Origin: Thermodesulforhabdus norvegica
GTDB lineage: Bacteria; Desulfobacterota; Syntrophobacteria; Syntrophobacterales; Thermodesulforhabdaceae
Direction: 5' to 3'
Assembly (NCBI RefSeq): GCF_900114975.1
Contig: NZ_FOUU01000004.1
Span: 60,811 to 92,810, forward strand
Length of the DNA stretch: 32,000 nt
Position 1 is the stretch's first letter; each line of letters opens with the position of its first letter. Below are positions 25,353 to 32,000 of this stretch, in pieces. The notes beneath the pieces were generated by a model. It was not told where the DNA came from and did not search any database. It saw nothing but the letters and a program-made list of their open reading frames with translations. The translations under genes were made by a program, and so were the position numbers.

Positions 25353-26419
25353 TGATCTTCTTCTCCGCCCTGAATTATACCGCCTCCCAGTATTACCCCG
25401 TCGGCGTCGTAAAATACCGCGGCCTGCCCGGGAGTTATTGCAGGCTGGGGCTCACGAAATGTTATCCTGACCGTTCCCTGTCCGCAGGGAATGATGTTTC
25501 CTTCGGCGGGGATGTGCTGCTGCCGAATCTTAACGAAAGCCTTGAAGGCCTCCGAAGGTTCCTCAAGAGCCCCCCAGACGACCCGACCCACCGTGCAGTC
25601 TCTGCGATAAACGTCCTTCCTGCGTCCCACGTAAACGGTTCCTGTTGCCCCGTCCAGACGCACGACATAATAGGGCTCCGTAGAGGGGATACCGATTCCC
25701 CTTCTCTGACCTATGGTGAAACGATGGATTCCCCTGTGATAGCCCAACACATTTCCTTCAAGGTCCTTTATGGGGCCACCCTCGTTGCCTTTCTCAAGAC
25801 CGATACTTTCTATGTAATCCACATAGGACCTGTTACCCAGAAAACATATCTCCTGGCTTTCCTTCCCGGCAAGGTCCGGGAAGCCGTATTCTTTAGCCCA
25901 CTTCTTTGCTTCCGATTTTGTTGCCCTGCCCAGAGGAAAAATAGTTCTGACCAGTTGAAGCTGAGAAAGGGCAAATAGAAAGTAAGACTGGTCCTTTTTT
26001 GTATCCCTGCCCCGGGCCACGGCAAAACGGCCATTACGGTACGGGGATGGCACTATCCGGGCATAATGACCCGTGGCAAACCGCTCAATACCGTAAAGGT
26101 TAAATCCGATTTCTGCAAAGAGGCCGAATTTTATAAGCGGATTGCAGTGAACACAGGGATTTGGGGTTATCCCTTTTAAGTATGCTTCTACGAAGGGCCT
26201 TACAATCCGATCGTGAAATTCTGATTGAAGATCGACGGTATAGACCTCGTTAATTCCTATTAAGCGAGCTCTGGAAGCCAGATGCTCTTCCTCCTCACGG
26301 TCTTCACCGTCCTTCCGGATCCTCATGTGAAGCCCTACTACTTCGTGCCCTTCCTCTATAAGGCAATATGCGGCATAGAGGCTGTCCACTCCTCCGCTCA
26401 GAGCAATTCCCACTCTCAA
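25349..26419 (-). CDS. mnmA: tRNA 2-thiouridine(34) synthase MnmA, CxxC (Fe-S-type) variant
   Basis: PP-loop ALSGGVDS, PNPCVHCN (E. coli has PNPDILCN), and ESQEICFL with the second catalytic Cys. TTG start 3 nt after the upstream stop. Confidence 0.9.
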   Translation of the reverse strand: MRVGIALSGGVDSLYAAYCLIEEGHEVVGLHMRIRKDGEDREEEEHLASRARLIGINEVYTVDLQSEFHDRIVRPFVEAYLKGITPNPCVHCNPLIKFGLFAEIGFNLYGIERFATGHYARIVPSPYRNGRFAVARGRDTKKDQSYFLFALSQLQLVRTIFPLGRATKSEAKKWAKEYGFPDLAGKESQEICFLGNRSYVDYIESIGLEKGNEGGPIKDLEGNVLGYHRGIHRFTIGQRRGIGIPSTEPYYVVRLDGATGTVYVGRRKDVYRRDCTVGRVVWGALEEPSEAFKAFVKIRQQHIPAEGNIIPCGQGTVRITFREPQPAITPGQAAVFYDADGVILGGGIIQGGEEDQ

Positions 26420-26422
26420 CGC

Positions 26423-26872
26423 CTACGCCAGCTCCTCCTGAAGTACTTCCTCTTCCATATTGCGGTCGAAGGTGACCCTCATGGCGTGAGCAGGGCAGGC
26501 CTTCACGCACCATTCACAGGCACTGCACCGTTCGGGATCGAACAGAACCTCCATCTCGGGCCGCTTTATGTGGAGCGCTCCCGTCGGGCAAACGGCCGTA
26601 CAGGCACCACACTGAAGGCAGAGCTCCTCATCGCGTCTTATGCTCTGACCGATCGATTCGACCTGTACCCCTATCCGCTTTAAGTACTCGATGCCTCTAT
26701 CGTAATCACTTTTGTTGCCCCGGAGTTCCAGAACCAGAAGGCCTTCTCGTCGGGGGAAAATTTGAGCCTTTAGAATATTGAACGTCAGGTTGTAATTCCT
26801 GACGAGGTTAGTGATTATGGGTTTGTCCACAATTTCGGAAGGGAATCTCAAAACCAGCATCTTTGCATACAT
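26423..26872 (-). CDS. NIL-domain / 2x[4Fe-4S] ferredoxin fusion protein
   Basis: N-terminal NIL-like domain (DKPIITNLVRNYNLTFNILKAQI) followed by CLQCGACTAVCP and CSACEWCVKACP. Confidence 0.8.
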   Translation of the reverse strand: MYAKMLVLRFPSEIVDKPIITNLVRNYNLTFNILKAQIFPRREGLLVLELRGNKSDYDRGIEYLKRIGVQVESIGQSIRRDEELCLQCGACTAVCPTGALHIKRPEMEVLFDPERCSACEWCVKACPAHAMRVTFDRNMEEEVLQEELA

Positions 26873-26924
26873 GCTCTTGTTCCTTTCAACCCTTTGGTAT
26901 TATCTACCGCAGTGAAGTTTTAGC

Positions 26925-26958
26925 GAAAATCGTAGGGCAGGGCAACCTGTTGCCCTAC
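26925..26958 (-). terminator. possible intrinsic terminator after the 114-aa ORF
   Basis: On the minus strand GTAGGGCA...TGCCCTAC forms an 8-bp stem, with an alternative inner stem GGGCAA-CAGG-TTGCCC. It is followed by GATTTTCG and overlaps the TAG stop. Confidence 0.4.
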
Positions 26959-27299
26959 TCATAGTCCTGGATTTTTCTGATGCGAATGGGTCTTTTCGTC
27001 AACGAGTGTTTCATTTTGCCGGTAAGCAGTGATTTGAGGGCGGATTTTGCAAGTCGGGCGTCTTCTTCCGAACAGTAAAACGCCTTAAGGCCCTCGATCT
27101 CCGGATAAACCCTATCCACACGTTCCCACCGGTTTGGCCCCAGTTTCGCTTCCAGAACGTAAAGAGCTTTCAGCTTCTCAACGGCGAGAAGACAGAATCT
27201 GTCACCGAGGTTTTTCTCCAGCTCACGGATTACCCTTACTTCTTCGTCGTTTAATCGGGCAATTCGAATCGAGCAGGACACTTTTGCCCTCCGGATCAC
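26955..27299 (-). CDS. hypothetical protein (114 aa)
   Basis: Its GTG start overlaps the upstream stop (GTGA). No recognisable motif. Supported by its co-directional coupled position only. Confidence 0.5.
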   Translation of the reverse strand: MIRRAKVSCSIRIARLNDEEVRVIRELEKNLGDRFCLLAVEKLKALYVLEAKLGPNRWERVDRVYPEIEGLKAFYCSEEDARLAKSALKSLLTGKMKHSLTKRPIRIRKIQDYE

Positions 27300-27862
27300 T
27301 GTGCTTTGAGTAGTTCAAGACATTCTTTATTGTTGAGTACCTGTAAAAGTGGATGGAGGGGAGTTTTTTTGTAAGCCTTTATTACCGCAAGGTGTGCTTC
27401 CGGGTTGTGGGCGGCACAGCACTGTTCCATAATCACCGCCGAAAAATCATTACTCACCGCATCCAGAGCGGTGGTGAGAACGCAAATGTTCGTTGCAATC
27501 CCTGAAACGAAGATCCTATCCACCCCAAGGGTTCTCAGGGTCTGATCCAGATCCGTCTTGAAAAAGGCACTGAAGCGGCGTTTCTGAACGATGTGGTCTG
27601 ATGGAGATCTGTGAAGCTCGTCAATGGGTTCAGATCCCTCCGTGCCTCTCAAACTGTGAGGTTTTAACCCTGCTCTGAATATGAAATCCTCCGGTAGAAA
27701 ACTATCACAGGCAAACACGACAGGATAATTTTTTGCGTGAAAAAGGTCGATAAAGTCGTTTAGAAAGGGAATGAACTTTTTGCACTCCAGCACAATGGGT
27801 GATTCGGGATGCCTCCTGAAGGTGTCCTTCAGCATGTCCACAATAATAAGGGCCGGTTTCAC
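27296..27862 (-). CDS. isochorismatase-family cysteine hydrolase (nicotinamidase-like)
   Basis: KPALIIVDMLKDTF, the catalytic-type region GIATNICVLTTALDA, and size typical of the family. Confidence 0.8.
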   Translation of the reverse strand: MKPALIIVDMLKDTFRRHPESPIVLECKKFIPFLNDFIDLFHAKNYPVVFACDSFLPEDFIFRAGLKPHSLRGTEGSEPIDELHRSPSDHIVQKRRFSAFFKTDLDQTLRTLGVDRIFVSGIATNICVLTTALDAVSNDFSAVIMEQCCAAHNPEAHLAVIKAYKKTPLHPLLQVLNNKECLELLKAQ

Positions 27863-27873
27863 TTTTTAACTCC

Positions 27874-28476
27874 TTACTGAAAAACTCTTCGGCTTTCTAT
27901 TGCCTGTTTAAGGGTCAGCGGATCGGCGTATTTAATGTCCCCGCCTGCCGGTATGCCGACGCCTATACGGGTCAGTTTTATACCCCGATCTTTCAGAAGA
28001 TCGTAAAGATAACGGGCCGTGGCTTCACCCTGAGATGTGGGATTGGTGGCAATGATGATTTCTTCAACACCTCCGCGCTCGATTCTCTTTAGAAGGGGTT
28101 CTATGTTAAGTCGTTCCGGTCCGACGTTTTCAAGAGGGTTTATAACTCCTCCGAGCACGTGGTATCGTCCGCCATAAATCCCTGATTGCTCGATGGCAAT
28201 CACATCCGTTGTGGTTTCCACCACGCAAATCTGATCACTCCTTCTTTTTGGATCCTGGCATATGGCACAGAGATCGTCGTCGGCCAGATGAAAGCATTCT
28301 TTGCAGAGGGTCACACTTTTTTTCATCTTTATGATGGCTTCGGCCAGGGCGAGGACCTCTTTTTCGGGCTTCTGGATGAGATACATGGCTATGCGGGTTG
28401 CACTCTTTTCTCCCAGTCCGGGAAGAGAGCCGAGCAGGCGGATGACCGTTCTTACCGAGGATGGGAAGGCTTTCAT
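27874..28476 (-). CDS. recR: recombination protein RecR
   Basis: HhH N-terminus (LPGLGEKSATRIAMYL), C4 zinc motif CKECFHL...CAIC and Toprim ICVVETTTDVIAIE. Confidence 0.9.
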   Translation of the reverse strand: MKAFPSSVRTVIRLLGSLPGLGEKSATRIAMYLIQKPEKEVLALAEAIIKMKKSVTLCKECFHLADDDLCAICQDPKRRSDQICVVETTTDVIAIEQSGIYGGRYHVLGGVINPLENVGPERLNIEPLLKRIERGGVEEIIIATNPTSQGEATARYLYDLLKDRGIKLTRIGVGIPAGGDIKYADPLTLKQAIESRRVFQ

Positions 28477-28496
28477 ACCGGTTACTCCGAATTATT

Positions 28497-28826
28497 TTAG
28501 AACAGTCCGGGTATTTTTAATCCCGGGATGTTAAGGCCTCCTGCCAGTTTTGCCATTTCCTGAGCCATTAGCTCCTGGGATCGCTTTATGGCTTCGTTTA
28601 CCGCCGCAACGATAAGATCCTGTAACATTTCCACATCATCGGGGTTTACCACCTGAGGATCAATTCTTATCTCAACGATTTCCTGCTTTCCGTTAGCAAC
28701 AACCGTTACCATACCTCCACCGGCCGAAGCTTCCACCGTCTTGAGCTCCAGTTCCTGTTGAAGTTGTTCGACCTTTTCCTGAAGCTGTTTCAGGTTGCCC
28801 AGAGAATTAAAGATCTTCATCCACAC
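28497..28826 (-). CDS. ybaB: YbaB/EbfC nucleoid-associated protein
   Basis: [17 protein letters not shown]...[25 protein letters not shown]...[13 protein letters not shown] aligns to YbaB. The true start may be ATG 28820. Confidence 0.85.
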   Translation of the reverse strand: MWMKIFNSLGNLKQLQEKVEQLQQELELKTVEASAGGGMVTVVANGKQEIVEIRIDPQVVNPDDVEMLQDLIVAAVNEAIKRSQELMAQEMAKLAGGLNIPGLKIPGLF

Positions 28827-30510
28827 CTCCCGTTATAAGGGAATCACCTTTTTCCTCATCGTCATGGTTCATCATACCGGGCCTTTGAGCCGGCTTCTTC
28901 AGTGGCCTTACCGCTACTATGCGGCCTCCGAATATTTCCAGAACCTCTTTGACGGCTGGATGGTTTAGAGCTCTTCTTTCTATTTCCTTTTTATCGTTAA
29001 AGGACCCTTTACCGTTGTCCGCCCGATTGTTGCCGTCATGGGCTTCCAGAAGGATTTTCTCCGGAGGGCTTGAAAAGAAACGACTTAACAGCTCCAGTAT
29101 GTTGTTTTCTTTGCGTTTCAAAACCTCTGCGTAGGCAGAAAGCACATGGATTGTCCATATCGTTTCCTTTGATGTGTCAACGTAGCTTCCCTTTAGCTGG
29201 GTTTCCAGTAAAGGGTCCTGCTTTGCCGCCCATGAAACGAACTTGTGCCAGTCTTTTTCGGGGTTCCCGGAGGGAGACTCGGGCCGGATGTCCAGAACCT
29301 TTTTTGATTCTGATTCCGCCGATTCCGCTAGGGCAGGGTGTTTTTCCCGAAAAGCGCCGGGCTGAGGCTTTTCAGCTCCGGGGCGGCGTGTTTCCAGATT
29401 TTTTATGATTTCGGGAAGCATAACGAAGTGAGGTACCTGGGCGAGTCTGAGGAGAGCCGCCTCCAGCACCAGATGAGGTTGAGACGATCGGCGTATCTGG
29501 TCCATGGCCCGAATCAGGAGTTCGTAATAAATCTGGACGGTTTGAAGAGATGTCCTGTCTGTCCACTTTTGCAAAATCGGGGTCATCTCGTCTGATGTTA
29601 CCCTTCCACTTCTGCCTGCAATTATGAAACAGGCCAGATGGTGGCACAGATCGACGAGGCGCTGACAGAATTTTGCGCAGTCCAGCCCTCTTTCGTAAAC
29701 GTCCGAAGCGACGGCAATGCACTCCTCAAAGTTTGCCGAAATAACGGCATCCATTGCCCGGATAAGTGTGGATCGATCGACGATACCCAGAAGGTTGAGG
29801 ATCTCTTCGGGTCTGAGGTTTTCGTCCTGAAATGAGACCACCTGCTCCAGCAGGGTTTCGGCATCACGCATGCTACCGTCCGCCTCACCGGCTATCGCTT
29901 CTATGACGTCAGAGGCGACATCGTAGCCTTCGGTGCGGCATATAGAGCTCAGATGCTCCGTTATATCTCTCACAGGGATTCGCCTGAAATCAAATCGCTG
30001 ACAACGGCTTACGACGGTGGAAGGTATCCTGTGCGGTTCCGTCGTGGCAAAGATAAATCGAACGTGAGACGGTGGTTCTTCAAGGGTTTTGAGGAGGGCA
30101 TTGAAGGCTTCGGGGGTTAGCATGTGTACTTCGTCGATTATGTAGACCTTATATTTTCCGGTGATGGGCCTGTAGGCCACCGTCTCCTGCAGTGATCTTA
30201 TGCTGTCTATACCCCGATTGGATGCACCGTCTATTTCGATCACGTCCGGCGATTTCCCTGCCGTTATGGACCGACAGGAAGGACAGCTATTGCAGGGTTC
30301 TGATCCGTTTCTTTCGGTGCAGTTAAGGGCCTTGGCGAGAATCCTTGCAACGGAAGTCTTTCCCACTCCCCGGGGACCCGCAAATATGTATGCATGAGCT
30401 ATCCGTCCGGTCGATAAGGCATTTTGAAGAATCCTCGTTACGTGGGATTGACCTACAACCTCTTTAAAGCTCTGAGGTCTCCACCTGCGGGCGAGTACGA
30501 TGTAGGACAT
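28807..30510 (-). CDS. dnaX: DNA polymerase III subunit gamma/tau
   Basis: [21 protein letters not shown] start, Walker [10 protein letters not shown], zinc module [10 protein letters not shown] and DEVHML. The track ORF extends spuriously through two tRNA genes. Confidence 0.9.
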   Translation of the reverse strand: MSYIVLARRWRPQSFKEVVGQSHVTRILQNALSTGRIAHAYIFAGPRGVGKTSVARILAKALNCTERNGSEPCNSCPSCRSITAGKSPDVIEIDGASNRGIDSIRSLQETVAYRPITGKYKVYIIDEVHMLTPEAFNALLKTLEEPPSHVRFIFATTEPHRIPSTVVSRCQRFDFRRIPVRDITEHLSSICRTEGYDVASDVIEAIAGEADGSMRDAETLLEQVVSFQDENLRPEEILNLLGIVDRSTLIRAMDAVISANFEECIAVASDVYERGLDCAKFCQRLVDLCHHLACFIIAGRSGRVTSDEMTPILQKWTDRTSLQTVQIYYELLIRAMDQIRRSSQPHLVLEAALLRLAQVPHFVMLPEIIKNLETRRPGAEKPQPGAFREKHPALAESAESESKKVLDIRPESPSGNPEKDWHKFVSWAAKQDPLLETQLKGSYVDTSKETIWTIHVLSAYAEVLKRKENNILELLSRFFSSPPEKILLEAHDGNNRADNGKGSFNDKKEIERRALNHPAVKEVLEIFGGRIVAVRPLKKPAQRPGMMNHDDEEKGDSLITGGVDEDL

Positions 30511-30544
30511 ACAATCGGTTTGCCTCTCCTGAAAAAATAAAAAA

Positions 30545-30637
30545 TGGCGGAGAGAGAGGGATTCGAACCCTCGGTACGCCTTGTGGGCGTACACACGATT
30601 TCCAGTCGTGCCCCTTCGTCCACTCGGGCATCTCTCC
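30545..30637 (-). tRNA. tRNA-Ser (anticodon GGA), long variable arm, CCA encoded
   Basis: Hand fold: acceptor GGAGAGA/TCTCTCC, anticodon stem CACGA/TCGTG with loop CTGGAAA, variable arm GTACGCC-CACAA-GGCGTAC, T arm GAGGG-TTCGAAT-CCCTC, discriminator G. Confidence 0.85.
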
Positions 30638-30660
30638 GCAATGCGTCCTATGCAGACATG

Positions 30661-30756
30661 TGGCGGAGAGGGTGGGATTCGAACCCACGTGCCCGGCTCA
30701 TCACCGGACAAGTCGATTTCGAGTCGACCCCGTTACGACCACTTCGGTACCTCTCC
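30661..30756 (-). tRNA. tRNA-Ser (anticodon CGA), long variable arm, CCA encoded
   Basis: Hand fold: acceptor GGAGAGG/CCTCTCC, anticodon stem GTCGA/TCGAC with loop CTCGAAA, variable arm with a CCGG/CCGG stem, T arm GTGGG-TTCGAAT-CCCAC. Confidence 0.85.
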
Positions 30757-30761
30757 GCCCT

Positions 30762-31259
30762 CTATCGAGCTCTACGGCGTTCCAGAAAAAAGCCTCGCAG
30801 AATTTCCGCCGCTTCTGTGCCGAGAACTCCTTCACGAACCTCCATATAATGATTAAAAAACCCCCGTGTTGTCAAGTCAAGGCCGACATGAAAGGCCCCG
30901 GCTCTTGGATCCGGTGCTCCGTAGACCAGGCATTTGATCCTGGCATGAATCATCGCACCGAAGCACATGACGCAGGGTTCAAGGGTTGTGTACAGAATGC
31001 ATCCCTCCAGCCGATAGTTTCCCAGTCGTTGCGCCGCCTTGCGTATGACCAGTATTTCGGCATGAGCGGAAGGATCGCAAAGCTCTATCGGACGGTTATG
31101 ATCTGCCGCAACGAGCCTCCCTTCGCCGTCGATTATAACGGCCCCCACGGGGACTTCTCCCCTCTCGGCAGCCTTTCTGGCATAAGCCAGAGCAAGCCTC
31201 ATGAAGTGCTCGTCATCTTTTGACAACCCACTGACTTCAAGCATTCCGATACTCTGCAT
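30762..31259 (-). CDS. tadA: tRNA adenosine(34) deaminase TadA
   Basis: DEHFMRLALAYARKA...EVPVGAVI, HAEILVIR and TLEPCVMCFGAM (CDA zinc motifs). The start is uncertain (31259 or 31244) and overlaps the upstream gene end. Confidence 0.85.
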   Translation of the reverse strand: MQSIGMLEVSGLSKDDEHFMRLALAYARKAAERGEVPVGAVIIDGEGRLVAADHNRPIELCDPSAHAEILVIRKAAQRLGNYRLEGCILYTTLEPCVMCFGAMIHARIKCLVYGAPDPRAGAFHVGLDLTTRGFFNHYMEVREGVLGTEAAEILRGFFLERRRAR

Positions 31260-31909
31260 CTGTGTATTGCGCCCTGCCAGTAGAAATCGATAATCCGGTC
31301 GTCTCTTTTCGTTTCTTCAACGGCCATCTCAACGAGTTTGCTTTCTCCGGAAAAGCACAGCATCAGCCCGGCACAGACCCTGATGTACGGTCGGTCCTTC
31401 TGAACGTAGGCGACGGAAATATCAATTGCCCTTTTGCACAATTCCGGCCGAACACTGCAAAGCCTTGCCGTTCCCCACATTGCACCTTCGAGAAGCGGTT
31501 CATGTTCCAGAAGGTTCCCTTCGGGATCAATGTAAGAAATCAATATCCGGTGATATTCTTCGGCGAGCCAGTCACACCGGGCAAGGATTTCTCCCATCGC
31601 TTCGGCACATCCCCAGCCAATCCCGCCGGACTCATCGTTAAGCTGCCACATGAGACGCCTTACGACCGTCCGGGCCTGTTCGGCCTGACTTTTTGCAATT
31701 GCGGAAACCACAACCCCCAGTGCGGTTACGGCGTGCCATCTGACCAGAAGATCGGAAGAACAAAAAAAAGAAAACAGGGGGCTTATTAAAACCCCCGGGT
31801 TCTCGAATTGCTCCAGTAACTTCTCTTCTTTAAAAGGAACCTCTTTCAGAAGCTGATGCAGTTTCCGCTTAACGCTCCTGTAGCTTTCCCGTCTTTTTTC
31901 CACCCACAC
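31199..31909 (-). CDS. HEAT-like repeat protein (resembles the family I recall as DVU0298-type)
   Basis: 236-aa ORF with a GTG start. Helical-repeat-like sequence (VRWHAVTALGVVVSAIA...GGIGWGCAEAMGEILAR). The family name is from memory only. Confidence 0.5.
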   Translation of the reverse strand: MWVEKRRESYRSVKRKLHQLLKEVPFKEEKLLEQFENPGVLISPLFSFFCSSDLLVRWHAVTALGVVVSAIAKSQAEQARTVVRRLMWQLNDESGGIGWGCAEAMGEILARCDWLAEEYHRILISYIDPEGNLLEHEPLLEGAMWGTARLCSVRPELCKRAIDISVAYVQKDRPYIRVCAGLMLCFSGESKLVEMAVEETKRDDRIIDFYWQGAIHRCRVSECLKSVGCQKMTSTS

Positions 31910-31912
31910 CGC

Positions 31913-32000
31913 TCAGTTCTTTTTTACGGCAGATTTTGGCAGTACCGAGATGGTACCGTAGCGGTCGTAGGTCACGTACTTTCCTTCAAGCTGAGACAGG
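31913..32000 (-). CDS. 3' end of an unidentified gene (continues beyond the right edge)
   Basis: Open minus-strand frame ...LSQLEGKYVTYDRYGTISVLPKSAVKKN* with its stop at 31915-31913, 3 nt before the next gene start. Too short to assign. Confidence 0.35.
   Translation of the reverse strand, partial: LSQLEGKYVTYDRYGTISVLPKSAVKKN

Noticed and set aside
25331-25978. 215-aa plus-strand ORF.
   Set aside because: It is antisense to mnmA.
30511-30544. SRP (4.5S) RNA gene expected upstream of dnaX from conserved synteny.
   Set aside because: Only 34 nt are available, and no GGUCCGGAAGGAAGCAGC-like motif was seen here or in the other intergenic regions I scanned.
30511-30711. The track's 634-aa dnaX ORF starts at 30711.
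   Set aside because: The extra 67 codons read straight through the two tRNA-Ser genes (WVRIPPSPP / RGFESLSLRH are typical tRNA read-through peptides). DnaX homology starts at [12 protein letters not shown] (ATG 30510).
30660-31789. Plus-strand ORFs 30660-31223 and 31262-31789.
   Set aside because: They are antisense to tRNA-Ser/tadA and to the HEAT-like gene. The first begins inside a tRNA gene.

Overview
The window is a dense chromosomal segment with mostly translationally coupled operons. Gene content suggests an anaerobic, sulfate-reducer or syntroph-like deltaproteobacterial (Thermodesulfobacteriota-type) genome, but this is inference only.

Genes from left to right:
- 1-5753: a minus-strand operon of two family-III CoA-transferase paralogs plus a small zinc-ribbon ORF. 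It sits behind a textbook sigma-54 promoter (TGGCAC-N5-TTGCA), three 17-nt upstream direct repeats and the adjacent sigma-54 enhancer-binding regulator.
- 5976-9529: a tail-anchored coiled-coil protein built from RFE-type 7/11-residue repeats, an HD-GYP protein, a Nudix hydrolase, endonuclease IV and tRNA-Arg(CCG).
- 9767-12682: a hybrid sensor kinase with a periplasmic solute-binding domain.
- 12679-15444: a four-gene sulfur/selenium-trafficking-like operon (YedE/YeeE permease, TusA-like, DUF3343-like fusion, YjeF_C-like kinase-fold protein).
- 15718-20337: a polar amino-acid ABC transporter, a GlcD-like FAD oxidase and a UPF0016/GDT1 half-transporter.
- 20614-22841: an AT-rich IS607-type insertion. 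It splits a 50-codon ORF and carries a frameshifted serine-recombinase tnpA and a 532-aa TnpB-like protein. The TnpB-like protein keeps the RuvC D-E-D triad but has no zinc finger, and its 3' end is highly structured.
- 23006-24370: a CCG-domain Fe-S protein.
- 24444-32000: a long minus-strand array of YkgJ-like, CxxC-type mnmA, NIL-ferredoxin, a hypothetical protein, an isochorismatase-family protein, recR, ybaB, dnaX, two tRNA-Ser genes, tadA, a HEAT-like protein and a partial ORF.

The most unusual content is the IS607-type element with its atypical TnpB-like nuclease candidate and putative guide-RNA region. After that come the YedE-linked operon and the NIL-ferredoxin/mnmA/YkgJ module. No CRISPR array or rRNA was seen.
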